From the NCBI GenBank assembly GCA_944389645.1, contig CALXMZ010000023.1, positions 7,445-71,444 on the forward strand: 64,000 bases of DNA. The letters are read 5' to 3'. Within the stretch, counting starts at the first letter, position 1. Each line of letters opens with the position of its first letter. The notes beneath the pieces were generated by a model. It saw nothing but the letters and a program-made list of their open reading frames with translations. It did not search any database and was not told the origin of the DNA. The position numbers and the translations under genes are program-made. Source of the stretch: an uncultured Alphaproteobacteria bacterium. GTDB lineage: Bacteria > Pseudomonadota > Alphaproteobacteria > Rs-D84. Shown one piece after another: positions 1 to 9,494 of this stretch.

Positions 1-1
1 A

Positions 2-1219
2 CTATTAACAAATGCGGACGCGATTCACCCTGGGTATGGTTTTTTATCAGAACGTGCTGATTTTGCTCAGAAGGTTGAACAACATGGTCTGATTTGGATA
101 GGGCCATCTGCTGCAATGATTGAAAAAATGGGTGATAAAGTTAATGCTAAAAAAACCGCAATTGAATGTGGGTTACCTGTTGTACCTGGTTCTGATGGTG
201 CGGTAAAGTCTTTGGAAGATGCGCTAGAATGGGCAGAAAAGATAGGGTATCCTGTTATGTTGAAGGCGGCGGCTGGTGGTGGTGGTCGCGGAATTCGCCC
301 AGTTATGTCTGCCGAAGAAATGCCTGCCGCGTATCAGATTACAAAGCAAGAGGCTAAATCAGGTTTTGGTGATGACACATTGTATATGGAAAAGTTATTG
401 TTGCATCCAAGACATATTGAATTTCAGGTATTAGGTGATCAGCATGGTAATGTAGTCATCTTTGGTGAACGTGATTGTTCTTTGCAACGTAAAAATCAGA
501 AAGTTATGGAAGAATGCCCTGCCGCCATTTTGACGCAGAAGCAACGTGACGACATGATTGAAGTTTGTAAAACTGCTGCGAAGAAAATGGGGTATACGAA
601 CGCTGGTACTTTTGAATTTATGTTTGAAGGTGGTAGGTTTTACTTTTTAGAGATGAATACTCGTTTACAAGTAGAACATCCAGTAACAGAAATGGTATAC
701 GGTGTTGATCTTGTTCGTGAACAGATACGTGTTGCTGCAGGTGAAAAACTTGGGTATACGCAATCTAATGTTGTTCCACATGGACATGCGATTGAATTTC
801 GCATTAATGCGGAAGACCCAGAAACGTTTATACCTAACCCTGGAAAAATAACTTTATATGCACCGTCTGGTGGTATGGGAGTTCGCGTTGATAGCGCGGT
901 ATATACTGGTTATACGATTCCACCAACGTATGATTCTATGATTGCAAAATTAATCGTTCATGCACCTAATAGACCCGCTTGTATTATGCGTGCAATGCGT
1001 GCTTTGGACGAATTTGTAATTGAAGGGGTTAAAACTACTATACCACTACAACAAAAGTTATTAAAAAATAAAGACGTAAAGACTTTGAATTTTGATAATC
1101 ATTGGTTAGAAAGTTACTTACGTGGCGATAATGAAAAAGAGGATTTACGTTCTGAAACAAAAATAAAAAAAGAAAAGAAAAAAATTGTTAAAAAGAAAAA
1201 AGTAGTTAAAAGAAAATAA
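2..1219 (+). CDS. accC: acetyl-CoA carboxylase biotin carboxylase subunit (5'-partial, runs off the window start) with a C-terminal Lys-rich tail
   Basis: In-frame translation from nt 2 gives ...NADAIHPGYGFLSERADF..., then MIEKMGDKVNAKK..., the glycine loop KAAAGGGGRGIR and the biotin-carboxylase C-domain. It ends in KIKKEKKKIVKKKKVVKRK. Confidence 0.9.
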   Translation, partial: LLTNADAIHPGYGFLSERADFAQKVEQHGLIWIGPSAAMIEKMGDKVNAKKTAIECGLPVVPGSDGAVKSLEDALEWAEKIGYPVMLKAAAGGGGRGIRPVMSAEEMPAAYQITKQEAKSGFGDDTLYMEKLLLHPRHIEFQVLGDQHGNVVIFGERDCSLQRKNQKVMEECPAAILTQKQRDDMIEVCKTAAKKMGYTNAGTFEFMFEGGRFYFLEMNTRLQVEHPVTEMVYGVDLVREQIRVAAGEKLGYTQSNVVPHGHAIEFRINAEDPETFIPNPGKITLYAPSGGMGVRVDSAVYTGYTIPPTYDSMIAKLIVHAPNRPACIMRAMRALDEFVIEGVKTTIPLQQKLLKNKDVKTLNFDNHWLESYLRGDNEKEDLRSETKIKKEKKKIVKKKKVVKRK

Positions 1220-1249
1220 AAAATACCGGTAAAAACCGGTATTTTTTTA
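1217..1249. terminator. hairpin terminator between convergent accC and sspB (A-run/T-run flanks, so potentially bidirectional)
   Basis: aataccggt-aaaa-accggtatt hairpin with an A-run before and a T-run after. Confidence 0.6.
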
Positions 1250-1726
1250 TTTATTTTTGTTTTTTCTGAATTCATCAAGAGATATTATTCTGCCTTTATC
1301 GATTGTATCTTCTTTTCCATCTAATGGTAATTCCATATCATTGTCAGCGGCAGCGTTACCTTTCGGGTGAAAAGATAGCATAAAATCTACAGAAGGATCT
1401 TTAAATTCAACGAGTGCGGAAAACGGTACCCGAATGAAAAAGGGTCTACCGTCAAATGTTAACTGAACCCCGAATTCTTTATCAGAAACGTGTAAATTAT
1501 TATAAGAATATTGTAGAACTATGGTCATTATATCTGGGTACCTAATACGTAAGAAATCCGGTAAAACGACACCGGCAGCGCGAGTTTTAAAAGTTATAAA
1601 GAAATGCGTTCCGTCCCCTAACCCGTTAATTTGAGCGTGTATCAATGCATCTTTTACAACAGATTTTAATGCGTTGTCTAATAAGTTCTGGTAATCAATT
1701 CTGCTCATTTTTATTCTCCGCAACAA
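1247..1726 (-). CDS. sspB: ClpXP adaptor SspB (alphaproteobacterial SspB-alpha type); the start may be the internal MSRIDYQ
   Basis: Motifs THFFITFKT, RYPDIMTIVLQYSY, VPFSALVEFKDP and the C-terminal ISLDEFRK match the SspB family. Confidence 0.7.
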   Translation of the reverse strand: MLRRIKMSRIDYQNLLDNALKSVVKDALIHAQINGLGDGTHFFITFKTRAAGVVLPDFLRIRYPDIMTIVLQYSYNNLHVSDKEFGVQLTFDGRPFFIRVPFSALVEFKDPSVDFMLSFHPKGNAAADNDMELPLDGKEDTIDKGRIISLDEFRKNKNK

Positions 1727-2792
1727 GTATATTATTTATTATCCCGTTTGCGCAAGTAACAAATATTGCATCGGGGACGTCAGCAAAAACGTTTGCGTCC
1801 AAACCTGTTGCCCATACCTGTGCATTTGTTTCTTTAAGCTCATCGAATAAATTTTTACGGGCGTTTGAATCCAAATGAGCGGCCGCTTCATCAAGTAATA
1901 TAATTGGTTCATGAGACGTTTTCGCATGAACAAGTTTTGCATGTGCTAAAATTAAGTCTATTAAAGACGTTTTTTGTTGACCTGTACTGGTTAAATATGC
2001 AGGTAAATTTAAAGTTTTATTAAATACGCCGAAATCTGATTTATGAGAACCATCTAAAACCATTTTATCACCGATAAGCTCACGATTATTTTGCAAGTAT
2101 TCAAAGTATTTTTTTTCTACGTTTGCTAAATTAGTATCTTCTATTAGTGTATTTTCAATAAAACCTGATACTGTGATTGCACAATTTTTTAAAAAATAGT
2201 TTATTTCTCCTGCGTACTGAATTCTTGCTGCGGCAACAGCAATTGCTGTTCCTGTTATTTGGGTATCAAGTGCATCTAACCAATGTTTGTCATTACCGTT
2301 TTTAATTGCGAAAGCTCGTTCTGTGATAAGTTTTGAAAGTTTAGCGACACGACCTGCATGTGCAGTATCAAAACTAGCAACTAATCTATCAAAAAAGGAG
2401 CGCCTTTCTGACGTAGAATCAACAAAAATCCTATCTTCTTTCGGGGTTAACCATATTATGCTTAGTTGCTCTGATAATTCGGAAAGATTTGCAGGTGTGC
2501 CGTCAATTTTTGCGCGTCTGTTAGTATCTTTTGATGAAAAATATACAGAAATTTCAGTATCGTCCGTTAAATTTGCATATATATAAAAACTTCCGTTACC
2601 ATCAAATCTTAGTATATCTGTCATGGGGGCATTTCTTAGACCTTTATCGCCGCCAAGCATAGATAAAGCTTCTAATATAGCAGTTTTTCCAGCACCATTT
2701 GGTCCTGTTATAATTATGTTACGATGACCGTGCGTTTTTATTCTGCACGTTTTATGGTTTCTGAAATCGGATAAAGTAATAGTTTCAATCAT
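1695..2792 (-). CDS. recF: DNA replication/repair protein RecF
   Basis: MIETITLSDFRNH...ITGPNGAGKTAILEAL (Walker A) and an SMC-like C-terminus. The ORF-track start at 2864 is rejected because it would run through the tRNA-Cys. Confidence 0.85.
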   Translation of the reverse strand: MIETITLSDFRNHKTCRIKTHGHRNIIITGPNGAGKTAILEALSMLGGDKGLRNAPMTDILRFDGNGSFYIYANLTDDTEISVYFSSKDTNRRAKIDGTPANLSELSEQLSIIWLTPKEDRIFVDSTSERRSFFDRLVASFDTAHAGRVAKLSKLITERAFAIKNGNDKHWLDALDTQITGTAIAVAAARIQYAGEINYFLKNCAITVSGFIENTLIEDTNLANVEKKYFEYLQNNRELIGDKMVLDGSHKSDFGVFNKTLNLPAYLTSTGQQKTSLIDLILAHAKLVHAKTSHEPIILLDEAAAHLDSNARKNLFDELKETNAQVWATGLDANVFADVPDAIFVTCANGIINNILVAENKNEQN

Positions 2793-2804
2793 TATAAGAA
2801 ATAT

Positions 2805-2878
2805 TGGAGGCCTGGGTCGGAATCGAACCGGCATAGAAGGATTTGCAGTCCTCTGCATAACCACTCTGCCACCAGGCC
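2805..2878 (-). tRNA. tRNA-Cys (anticodon GCA)
   Basis: Reverse complement GGCCTGG..GGACTGCAAATCC..GGTTCGATTCC..CCAGGCC-T-CCA. It has a perfect 7-bp acceptor stem, anticodon loop CUGCAAA and an encoded CCA. There is one C-A mismatch in the T-stem. Confidence 0.8.
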
Positions 2879-2973
2879 ACTGACATGTGCAATTATACTA
2901 AGCAAAAAAAAATTGTAATTCAAGATAAAAATTATTATATATATGATATAATTCGGAGTAAAAGAGAGGGTTT

Positions 2974-4302
2974 ATGAAAAAATTAATTTTATTTTTCTGT
3001 TTATTACCAGTTCAAGCATTTAGTGCACAAGATTGCTCTTCTATGAATTCTGTCCCGGAAGGTAAACTGACGTTGCAAGAAGTCATTGAACTTGGGTTAT
3101 GTAGAAATCCAGAAACGGCATCTTCTTATTTATCTTTACAATCGGCAAGGTTTAGTAAAAATGCTGGGTATGCGCAATATTTACCAAGCGTAAGTGCTTC
3201 TGGTTCTGCGACTTTACCTTATAGAAACAAAGAATGGTCCGATTGGTCATATGGTGCTTCAATTTCTGCATCGTATTTAATTTTTGATTTTGGTAAAAGA
3301 TTGTCTGATGTGAATCAGTTAATTTCTACGTGGCGGGCAACTGGTTTTGATTATAGTGAGTCTGTTCAAAACTATGTATATAGTATAATAGGGGCTTATT
3401 ATGCGTTATTAAATGCAGATGCGGACGTTTTTACGGCAGAATCATTGCGTGTAGTGGCGCAGACGGCTAAAGATACGGCGGATAAAAAATATAAAGCAGG
3501 TGCAGTAGCTAAAGCAGATGTTTTGAAAGCGGATACGACGCTGGCAAGTCGTGTTTTAGATTTAGAAAGAGCGAAAAATAACCGTGAAATAGCCAAAGGT
3601 GCATTGCTGTCGAAACTTTCTTTTCCTGCAAACCAGAATATAGAAATAGCCGATATGCCAGCAGACTTTGGAACGGAAACAGAAAATAAAAATATCGATG
3701 ATTTAATCGCTTTGGCAGAGAAAAAACGTCCTGATTTATTAAGTGCTTCTGCAAATAAAGACGCTGCATGGCATCGCAGAAACAGCGTTTTTCTAAGTAA
3801 TTTACCAAGTATTTCTGCTAGTGGAAGTTTGTCTTGGAATAATACGCCTAGTGAAGTTTATAATTCCGGTCAAGATAATATAAGTGGTAGTATAGGTATT
3901 CGTGCTTCTATGCCGATATTTGCTGGTTTTGCAAATTATTATAATGCTCGTTCTGCGCAAGTAAGTTATGAAAGAGCAAAAGAACAAGAAAAGGCTACAA
4001 AAGATGCGGCTGTATTAGATGTATTTACTGCATATCAAAATTATAAAACGTCACAAACCGTATTAACGCAAACGGAAACGTTGTTAAAATCTGCGAAAGA
4101 AACTGAAAATGTGACGGCTGGTATGTATAAGGTTGGTAAAGCAACTATGTTAGACTGGCAGACTGCTTTAGCTGATTTAGCTGATGCTCATAAGCAAAAT
4201 AATGCCGCAAAATATGATTTGTTTACAAAACGTGCCGCTCTTGCGTTAGCAATCGGGGACATTAAAGATGGTTTGATGGAGGTTGAGGATGGAGAAAAAT
4301 AA
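2974..4302 (+). CDS. outer-membrane efflux protein, TolC family
   Basis: Signal peptide MKKLILFFCLLPVQAFSA, 442 aa, TolC-like composition; its end overlaps the adaptor gene. Confidence 0.75.
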   Translation: MKKLILFFCLLPVQAFSAQDCSSMNSVPEGKLTLQEVIELGLCRNPETASSYLSLQSARFSKNAGYAQYLPSVSASGSATLPYRNKEWSDWSYGASISASYLIFDFGKRLSDVNQLISTWRATGFDYSESVQNYVYSIIGAYYALLNADADVFTAESLRVVAQTAKDTADKKYKAGAVAKADVLKADTTLASRVLDLERAKNNREIAKGALLSKLSFPANQNIEIADMPADFGTETENKNIDDLIALAEKKRPDLLSASANKDAAWHRRNSVFLSNLPSISASGSLSWNNTPSEVYNSGQDNISGSIGIRASMPIFAGFANYYNARSAQVSYERAKEQEKATKDAAVLDVFTAYQNYKTSQTVLTQTETLLKSAKETENVTAGMYKVGKATMLDWQTALADLADAHKQNNAAKYDLFTKRAALALAIGDIKDGLMEVEDGEK

Positions 4303-5479
4303 AAAAGAATCAAAAATTAAAAGATTATGGTCTTGGATGAAACGCCGTAAATGGTGGTTGATAATTTTCGTCGTTATTTGTATAAGTTTCGTTTATTTCG
4401 TAGGTAAAGGTAGTAATGAGAAGGAAACTGGTTTTGCAACGGCGATAATTTCTCGGGGAAATTTAAGGCAGGTTGTTACCGCGACAGGAGAAATACAGCC
4501 ATTAAATACGATAAGTGTTGGGTCACAAGTTAGCGGTACGATAGAAGAAATTTTTGTGGATTATAATTCCAAAGTAAAAAAAGGTGATATTTTATTAACT
4601 ATTGAACCTTCTGTTTTACAGGCTTCTGTAGACGAAGCTTATGCATCATTAGTTAGTTCTGAATCTCAAAGGAATTACGCAAAAAGTGAATATGAAAGAA
4701 ATAAAATATTATTTGAAGACGGTTATATTTCTCGTGCAGAATTGGAACAGTCTCAGACGACATATGAACAAGCAGAACAGAATGTTAATAAAATGAAATC
4801 GCAGTATGATCGTTCCGTAACTAACTTGGGTTACGCAACTATTACGTCGCCCGTTGATGGTACTGTTATATCTCGTCAGGTTGACGTTGGTCAGACGGTT
4901 GCGGCATCTTTCCAGACGCCTGATTTGTTTGAAATTGCTGAGGATTTATCACAAATGCAAATAGAAACTGCTGTATCAGAAGCAGATATCGGTATGATAG
5001 AAGAAGGTCAGAAGGTTACTTTTACGGTAGATGCATATCCGACCCAGACCTTTGAAGGAGAGGTTCGTCAGGTTCGTTTATCTCCTACGATAACATCTAA
5101 TGTTGTGGTTTATACTGTTGTTATAGATGTGGATAATTCAGATTTACGCTTGAAACCTGGTATGACGGCATTCGTTACTATTATGATTTCTGAGAAATAT
5201 GACGTTTGGAAAGTACAAAACTCTTCGTTGTTATTGCGTAGTTTTGACGGAATAGTTGAAAATGTTGGTGATGCTACGACAAAAACTCATCTGGCAATTC
5301 TGCGTAATGTTAATGGTAATCAAAAGGCTATCTTAGTACCATATGAAAAAGGCTTAATAACTGCTACTGAAACCGAAATCATTTCAGATGATATACAAGA
5401 AGGAGATAAAATTATCATTGGAAGATATGGTCAAAGTTCTTCAAACTCTTCTGGTATGAGAATGGGTATGCCAAGATAA
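4289..5479 (+). CDS. efflux periplasmic adaptor (HlyD/MacA membrane-fusion protein family)
   Basis: N-terminal TM segment, coiled-coil and beta-barrel MFP motifs (ATITSPVDGTVIS). GGAGG RBS 6 nt upstream of the ATG at 4289. Confidence 0.8.
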   Translation: MEKNKKESKIKRLWSWMKRRKWWLIIFVVICISFVYFVGKGSNEKETGFATAIISRGNLRQVVTATGEIQPLNTISVGSQVSGTIEEIFVDYNSKVKKGDILLTIEPSVLQASVDEAYASLVSSESQRNYAKSEYERNKILFEDGYISRAELEQSQTTYEQAEQNVNKMKSQYDRSVTNLGYATITSPVDGTVISRQVDVGQTVAASFQTPDLFEIAEDLSQMQIETAVSEADIGMIEEGQKVTFTVDAYPTQTFEGEVRQVRLSPTITSNVVVYTVVIDVDNSDLRLKPGMTAFVTIMISEKYDVWKVQNSSLLLRSFDGIVENVGDATTKTHLAILRNVNGNQKAILVPYEKGLITATETEIISDDIQEGDKIIIGRYGQSSSNSSGMRMGMPR

Positions 5480-5488
5480 TATTTTTTG

Positions 5489-5518
5489 TAAGACCGGTTA
5501 TGCCGGTCTTTTTTTTGT
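5489..5518 (+). terminator. hairpin plus T8 after the adaptor gene
   Basis: aagaccggttatgccggtctttttttt. Confidence 0.55.
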
Positions 5519-5537
5519 AAAAAATTTTTTCTACAGC

Positions 5538-5546
5538 TGGTATAAT
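5538..5546 (+). promoter_or_regulatory. putative extended -10 element (TGgTATAAT) for the ABC ATPase gene
   Basis: tggtataat lies 22 nt upstream of the ATG at 5569; no good -35. Confidence 0.35.
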
Positions 5547-5568
5547 TTTTTAAAAAGAGAGATTGTAT

Positions 5569-6303
5569 ATGAAAAAGAAAAACGAAGAGATAAATATCAT
5601 ATCAATGGATAAAATTTGTAAAAGTTTTCCCGTTGAAATGGGTGGTGAACAGCAGGTTTTGTTTGATATAACGTTTGATATAAATCAGGGAGAATTTGTT
5701 TCTATAATGGGACCATCTGGTAGCGGTAAGTCTACGTGTATGAATATTATAGGAGCATTGGATACTCCGACAAGCGGTACATATAAACTTTATGGTAAAG
5801 ATGTTACACATTTATCTGCGGATGAGTTAGCAGTAGTTAGAAATGAATATGTAGGTTTTGTTTTTCAGCAGTTTAACCTTTTGGCAAAGCGTAGCGTTTT
5901 AGATAATGTAATGTTACCGCTAATGTATCGTGGTCTTTCAATGGAAGAAAGGGTTCGTCGTGCGCGTGAGATGTTAAAAAGAGTTGGATTAGAAAATTTT
6001 GAAACGTATTTACCGACACAATTATCAGGTGGAATGAAACAGCGTGTAGCGATAGCTCGTGCATTAGCCGGAGACCCTAAGTTAATATTAGCTGACGAAC
6101 CCACAGGTGCGTTGGATAGTAAAATGGGGAACGAGATATTAACGTTTTTTAAAAAATTAAACAAAGAAATGGGGATAACAATAGTAATGATTACGCATGA
6201 ATTTGATATTGCTCGTTATTCCGATAGATTGATACATATTTATGACGGTAGAATAACTTATGACGGAAAAGTACCGAAAGATGAACGATCTTTACAACAA
6301 TAA
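5569..6303 (+). CDS. ABC transporter ATP-binding protein (MacB/LolD-type)
   Basis: Walker A GPSGSGKST, signature LSGGMKQRVAIARAL, Walker B ILADEPTGALD. Confidence 0.9.
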   Translation: MKKKNEEINIISMDKICKSFPVEMGGEQQVLFDITFDINQGEFVSIMGPSGSGKSTCMNIIGALDTPTSGTYKLYGKDVTHLSADELAVVRNEYVGFVFQQFNLLAKRSVLDNVMLPLMYRGLSMEERVRRAREMLKRVGLENFETYLPTQLSGGMKQRVAIARALAGDPKLILADEPTGALDSKMGNEILTFFKKLNKEMGITIVMITHEFDIARYSDRLIHIYDGRITYDGKVPKDERSLQQ

Positions 6304-6332
6304 GTTTAATATGGAGAAAAAGTGGAACGAAA

Positions 6333-7550
6333 ATGACAATTAAAGACATATTGAAAGAATCTTGGTTATCAATAAGCGGAAATAAAATAAGATCATTTCT
6401 TACGGTACTGGGGATAGTAATTGGCGTTATGGCTGTAGTTATAATGGTTGCCGTTGGTGAGACGGTATCAAAACAAATTAACGATCAATTTTCGTCACTT
6501 GGGACGAATACCGTTATGATAAGAGCTGGAGCCGCACAAAGTGCCGGTGTTAGAACTGGAAATAGACAGACTCTTACTATACAAGACGCAGACTTTATTG
6601 CGAAATTACCGGATGTTGCAGCTGTAAGTCCTGTACAGAATGCTGCGGCTCAGGTAATTTATGGTAATCAGAACTGGGCGTCTTCAATGGTAGGGGTTTA
6701 TCCAGATTATACCAACGTACAAAATTTAGAGATGAAATATGGTACATTTTTTGATCAGTCAGCAGTTAGGAACGGGTCTACGTACGCGGTTATAGGGCCA
6801 CAGACTGCTGAAGAGTTACAGATGCCGGAAAATCCCGTCGGAGAAGTTATTCGCGTACAAAATATGCCTTTCGTGATAATAGGAGTTACTAAAGAGCGCG
6901 GTGATTCCGCAATGGGTAGTCAAGATGATATGGTTATTATACCGATTACGACATTGAAAAAGCGTCTGCAAGGAAGCAGGTTTCCCAATTCTGTTAATAC
7001 GATATCTTTGAAATTAAACGAAGGTGCAGATAATACTTTGGTAATAGAACAAATAACGGCTTTACTTAGGGAAAGACATAATTTATCAGATGGCACAGAT
7101 GACGACTTTCAGATTATGGATATGAAACAGATGATGGAAGCTATGGATACCGTAACGGGGTATATGACGATGCTTCTGGTGGCTATAGCTGCAGTTTCAT
7201 TATTAGTCGGTTCAATCGGGATAATGAATATGATGCTTGTTTCTGTTGCTGAAAGGACAAGAGAAATAGGTATTCGCAAAGCAATTGGTGCAAGGGAAAG
7301 ACATATAATTATACAGTTTTTATCTGAATCTATTTTAATTTCTTTTATGGGTTCTATGGCAGGTTTTTTGTTAGGTGTCGGGCTTTCGCAGGGTGTTGGA
7401 CGATTCGTTTTAGGTTATAATGTTCCGTTTAGTGGTTGGCCAATAATCGTTTCTGTTAGCGTTGCCGTAATAGTCGGTCTTGCTTCTGGTGTTATGCCTG
7501 CAATGAAAGCCGCAAAATTAAATCCTATAGATAGTTTGAGGTACGAATAA
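6333..7550 (+). CDS. ABC transporter permease, FtsX/MacB family
   Basis: N-terminal TM, a large periplasmic domain and a C-terminal 3-TM FtsX-like domain, 405 aa. Confidence 0.85.
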   Translation: MTIKDILKESWLSISGNKIRSFLTVLGIVIGVMAVVIMVAVGETVSKQINDQFSSLGTNTVMIRAGAAQSAGVRTGNRQTLTIQDADFIAKLPDVAAVSPVQNAAAQVIYGNQNWASSMVGVYPDYTNVQNLEMKYGTFFDQSAVRNGSTYAVIGPQTAEELQMPENPVGEVIRVQNMPFVIIGVTKERGDSAMGSQDDMVIIPITTLKKRLQGSRFPNSVNTISLKLNEGADNTLVIEQITALLRERHNLSDGTDDDFQIMDMKQMMEAMDTVTGYMTMLLVAIAAVSLLVGSIGIMNMMLVSVAERTREIGIRKAIGARERHIIIQFLSESILISFMGSMAGFLLGVGLSQGVGRFVLGYNVPFSGWPIIVSVSVAVIVGLASGVMPAMKAAKLNPIDSLRYE

Positions 7551-7569
7551 ATAATATCTATCGTTTTTA

Positions 7570-7601
7570 CAATCCGTTTTTTATTGACGGATTGTTTTTT
7601 T
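7570..7601 (+). terminator. rho-independent terminator
   Basis: caatccgt...acggattg stem followed by T7. Confidence 0.6.
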
Positions 7602-7619
7602 GAAATATCATTTTTGTTC

Positions 7620-8606
7620 ATGGTAAATGATGATATTAATATTACAAAATTATATACAAAATATATAGATTTTATAGATTTGACATTTCCTATTGGGGGA
7701 ATTATAAGACGTTTCCCTTACGTTCTTATTTTTAAAACTACTAATTATTGTTGGTATAAATGTTTACATTGTTGTGAAAATTCCGGTCCAGATCAGCAGA
7801 AACACTATATACCCAGAAATATCATAAAAGATTATATTTCAAAGGCCTTAGAAGATAGTTCTTTTTCAAAAGAGGTTGTATTTACTGGTGGTGAAATAAT
7901 GTCTTCATATCTTTTTTATGAAAGTAACTATGTTCCTGATTTACTTAATTTTTGTTGCGATAGAGGTGTCGGGGTTGATATAAAAACTAACGGGGATTGG
8001 GTGAATACAGATTTAGGTAAGCGGATTTTTCATGATTTAACAGAGTCAATTTCTAACGGGAAGCCGTATGGTATACAAATATCTTTGTCTTTGGACAAAT
8101 TCCATAAAAATAGTATGGAAAATTGTGTAAAAATAATAAAAGAGTTATATAAATATAAAGATATGCATACTGTTGTACATCTTTCTTCTTTTAAAGGTGA
8201 TGAATATTTATATATAGCACTTTGTATGCTGTTAAAAAAAGAAGGTGTCCGGTTTGATAAAGTTATTCTTAAAAATGGTAGAATTGTGGATATTGTTGGT
8301 GACAAGTTAATATTATTACAATCTTCTGATGCGACTCTATTTTCAGGTGGACGCGCAAAAAATTTGGCGGAAGCGATGAAAGTAGAAAATTCTCAATTTA
8401 ATTTTTTATCTGAAAACAATAATATTTTGATGGCGTTTGATTCTTTCGGAAACGTTACTTTGGGGGAAAATAGCGGGAAAAAAATAAAAACAGAATGGAC
8501 TACAAATAAAAACGTTGTTAGATCTTTGCATGACATAAAAAAAAGTTTAATATCAAAAGCTCATCTAGAAGAGATTTTATTTGAATTACATCGCAGAAAA
8601 AGATAA
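7620..8606 (+). CDS. radical SAM domain protein of unknown function (single Cys triad, no auxiliary-cluster cysteines)
   Basis: CWYKCLHC (CxxxCxxC), SAM-binding VVFTGGEIMS, IQISLSLD motif. The gene is very AT-rich. The start is moved to MVNDD at 7620 so that it clears the upstream terminator. Confidence 0.7.
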   Translation: MVNDDINITKLYTKYIDFIDLTFPIGGIIRRFPYVLIFKTTNYCWYKCLHCCENSGPDQQKHYIPRNIIKDYISKALEDSSFSKEVVFTGGEIMSSYLFYESNYVPDLLNFCCDRGVGVDIKTNGDWVNTDLGKRIFHDLTESISNGKPYGIQISLSLDKFHKNSMENCVKIIKELYKYKDMHTVVHLSSFKGDEYLYIALCMLLKKEGVRFDKVILKNGRIVDIVGDKLILLQSSDATLFSGGRAKNLAEAMKVENSQFNFLSENNNILMAFDSFGNVTLGENSGKKIKTEWTTNKNVVRSLHDIKKSLISKAHLEEILFELHRRKR

Positions 8607-8634
8607 AAACACCGGTGTTTACCGGTGTTTTTAT
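8605..8634. terminator. hairpin terminator between the radical-SAM gene and gpsA (A-run/T-run flanks, so potentially bidirectional)
   Basis: Palindrome aaacaccggtgttt plus a second accggtgttttt copy. Confidence 0.55.
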
Positions 8635-9494
8635 ATATTAAGCTTTATTTTCATTTCTTTTAATATAGGTATATCAATACCAATTTTTTCTGCTCGTTCG
8701 ATTAGACCGCACAAAGCGAAAATACCTTCAACTGTACCATTTGGTTTTTCTCCCTTTGCGATGGCCATTCCACCGGAAAAATTACGGCTTGTGGCAGAGG
8801 TTGCGGATAAGAATAAGTCCCCTATTCCACATAAATCTAAAAATGTGTTTATTTTTGCCCCAAGTGCTATGCCTATATTCGTTACTTCATTCCATGCACG
8901 CGTAAATATCATTGCTCGTTCATTTTCGCCTGCTGAGGCTATAAAATTATAACCGCATATTAAAGCTACCGCATTTTTTCCAACGCCACAGACCTCCGCA
9001 CCAATTACGTCATTAGTTTCATTTAAATATAATAATTTAAGAGCTTTTCTACCAATCTCTAATGTTTTTTGAGTCCCCGCTAACGTGGAGCCAGTTGGTA
9101 CCCCTTTTGCTACTTCGGCTGCAAACTGAGGTCCAGATAAAACGCCGAAATCTTTAATGTCTGGTAAAACAGAAGTTAATATTTCTGACATAAATTCACC
9201 GGTTGCGCATTCTGCCCCTTTTGTACAGATAATTATTGATTGATTATTATAAAATTCTGCAACTTTTTTCATTGTCTCGCGAAAATAAGCTGCCGGGGTT
9301 GCAACCAACCATACATCACAATTTGAAAGTGATTCTATATTTTTAGTAACCGTAATATTTTGTGGTAAATCAACACCGTCAAACTTTTTATATTCGCCAT
9401 CGTATGACCAAAGAACAACATTTGCACCACTTTTTGCAGTAACAATACCTAAGGCCGTTCCCCACGCCCCTGCACCGACGATACCGACTTTCAT
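8631..9494 (-). CDS. gpsA: NAD(P)H-dependent glycerol-3-phosphate dehydrogenase
   Basis: MKVGIVGAGAWGTALG Rossmann motif and GpsA-like C-terminus. Confidence 0.9.
   Translation of the reverse strand: MKVGIVGAGAWGTALGIVTAKSGANVVLWSYDGEYKKFDGVDLPQNITVTKNIESLSNCDVWLVATPAAYFRETMKKVAEFYNNQSIIICTKGAECATGEFMSEILTSVLPDIKDFGVLSGPQFAAEVAKGVPTGSTLAGTQKTLEIGRKALKLLYLNETNDVIGAEVCGVGKNAVALICGYNFIASAGENERAMIFTRAWNEVTNIGIALGAKINTFLDLCGIGDLFLSATSATSRNFSGGMAIAKGEKPNGTVEGIFALCGLIERAEKIGIDIPILKEMKIKLNI

Noticed and set aside
1645-1878. Numerous short ORFs in the six-frame track lying antisense to or inside long conserved genes (for example 1645-1878, 2287-2586, 3399-3987, 5602-6164, 17733-18062, 21418-22143, 24179-24679, 32097-33024, 61731-62107)
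   Set aside because: They overlap well-supported genes on the other strand or frame, have odd composition and have no RBS. They are treated as spurious.
8607-8634. Direct 10-bp repeat accggtgttt x2, considered as a possible CRISPR or iteron
   Set aside because: Only two copies, no spacers, and it forms a palindromic terminator hairpin between convergent genes.
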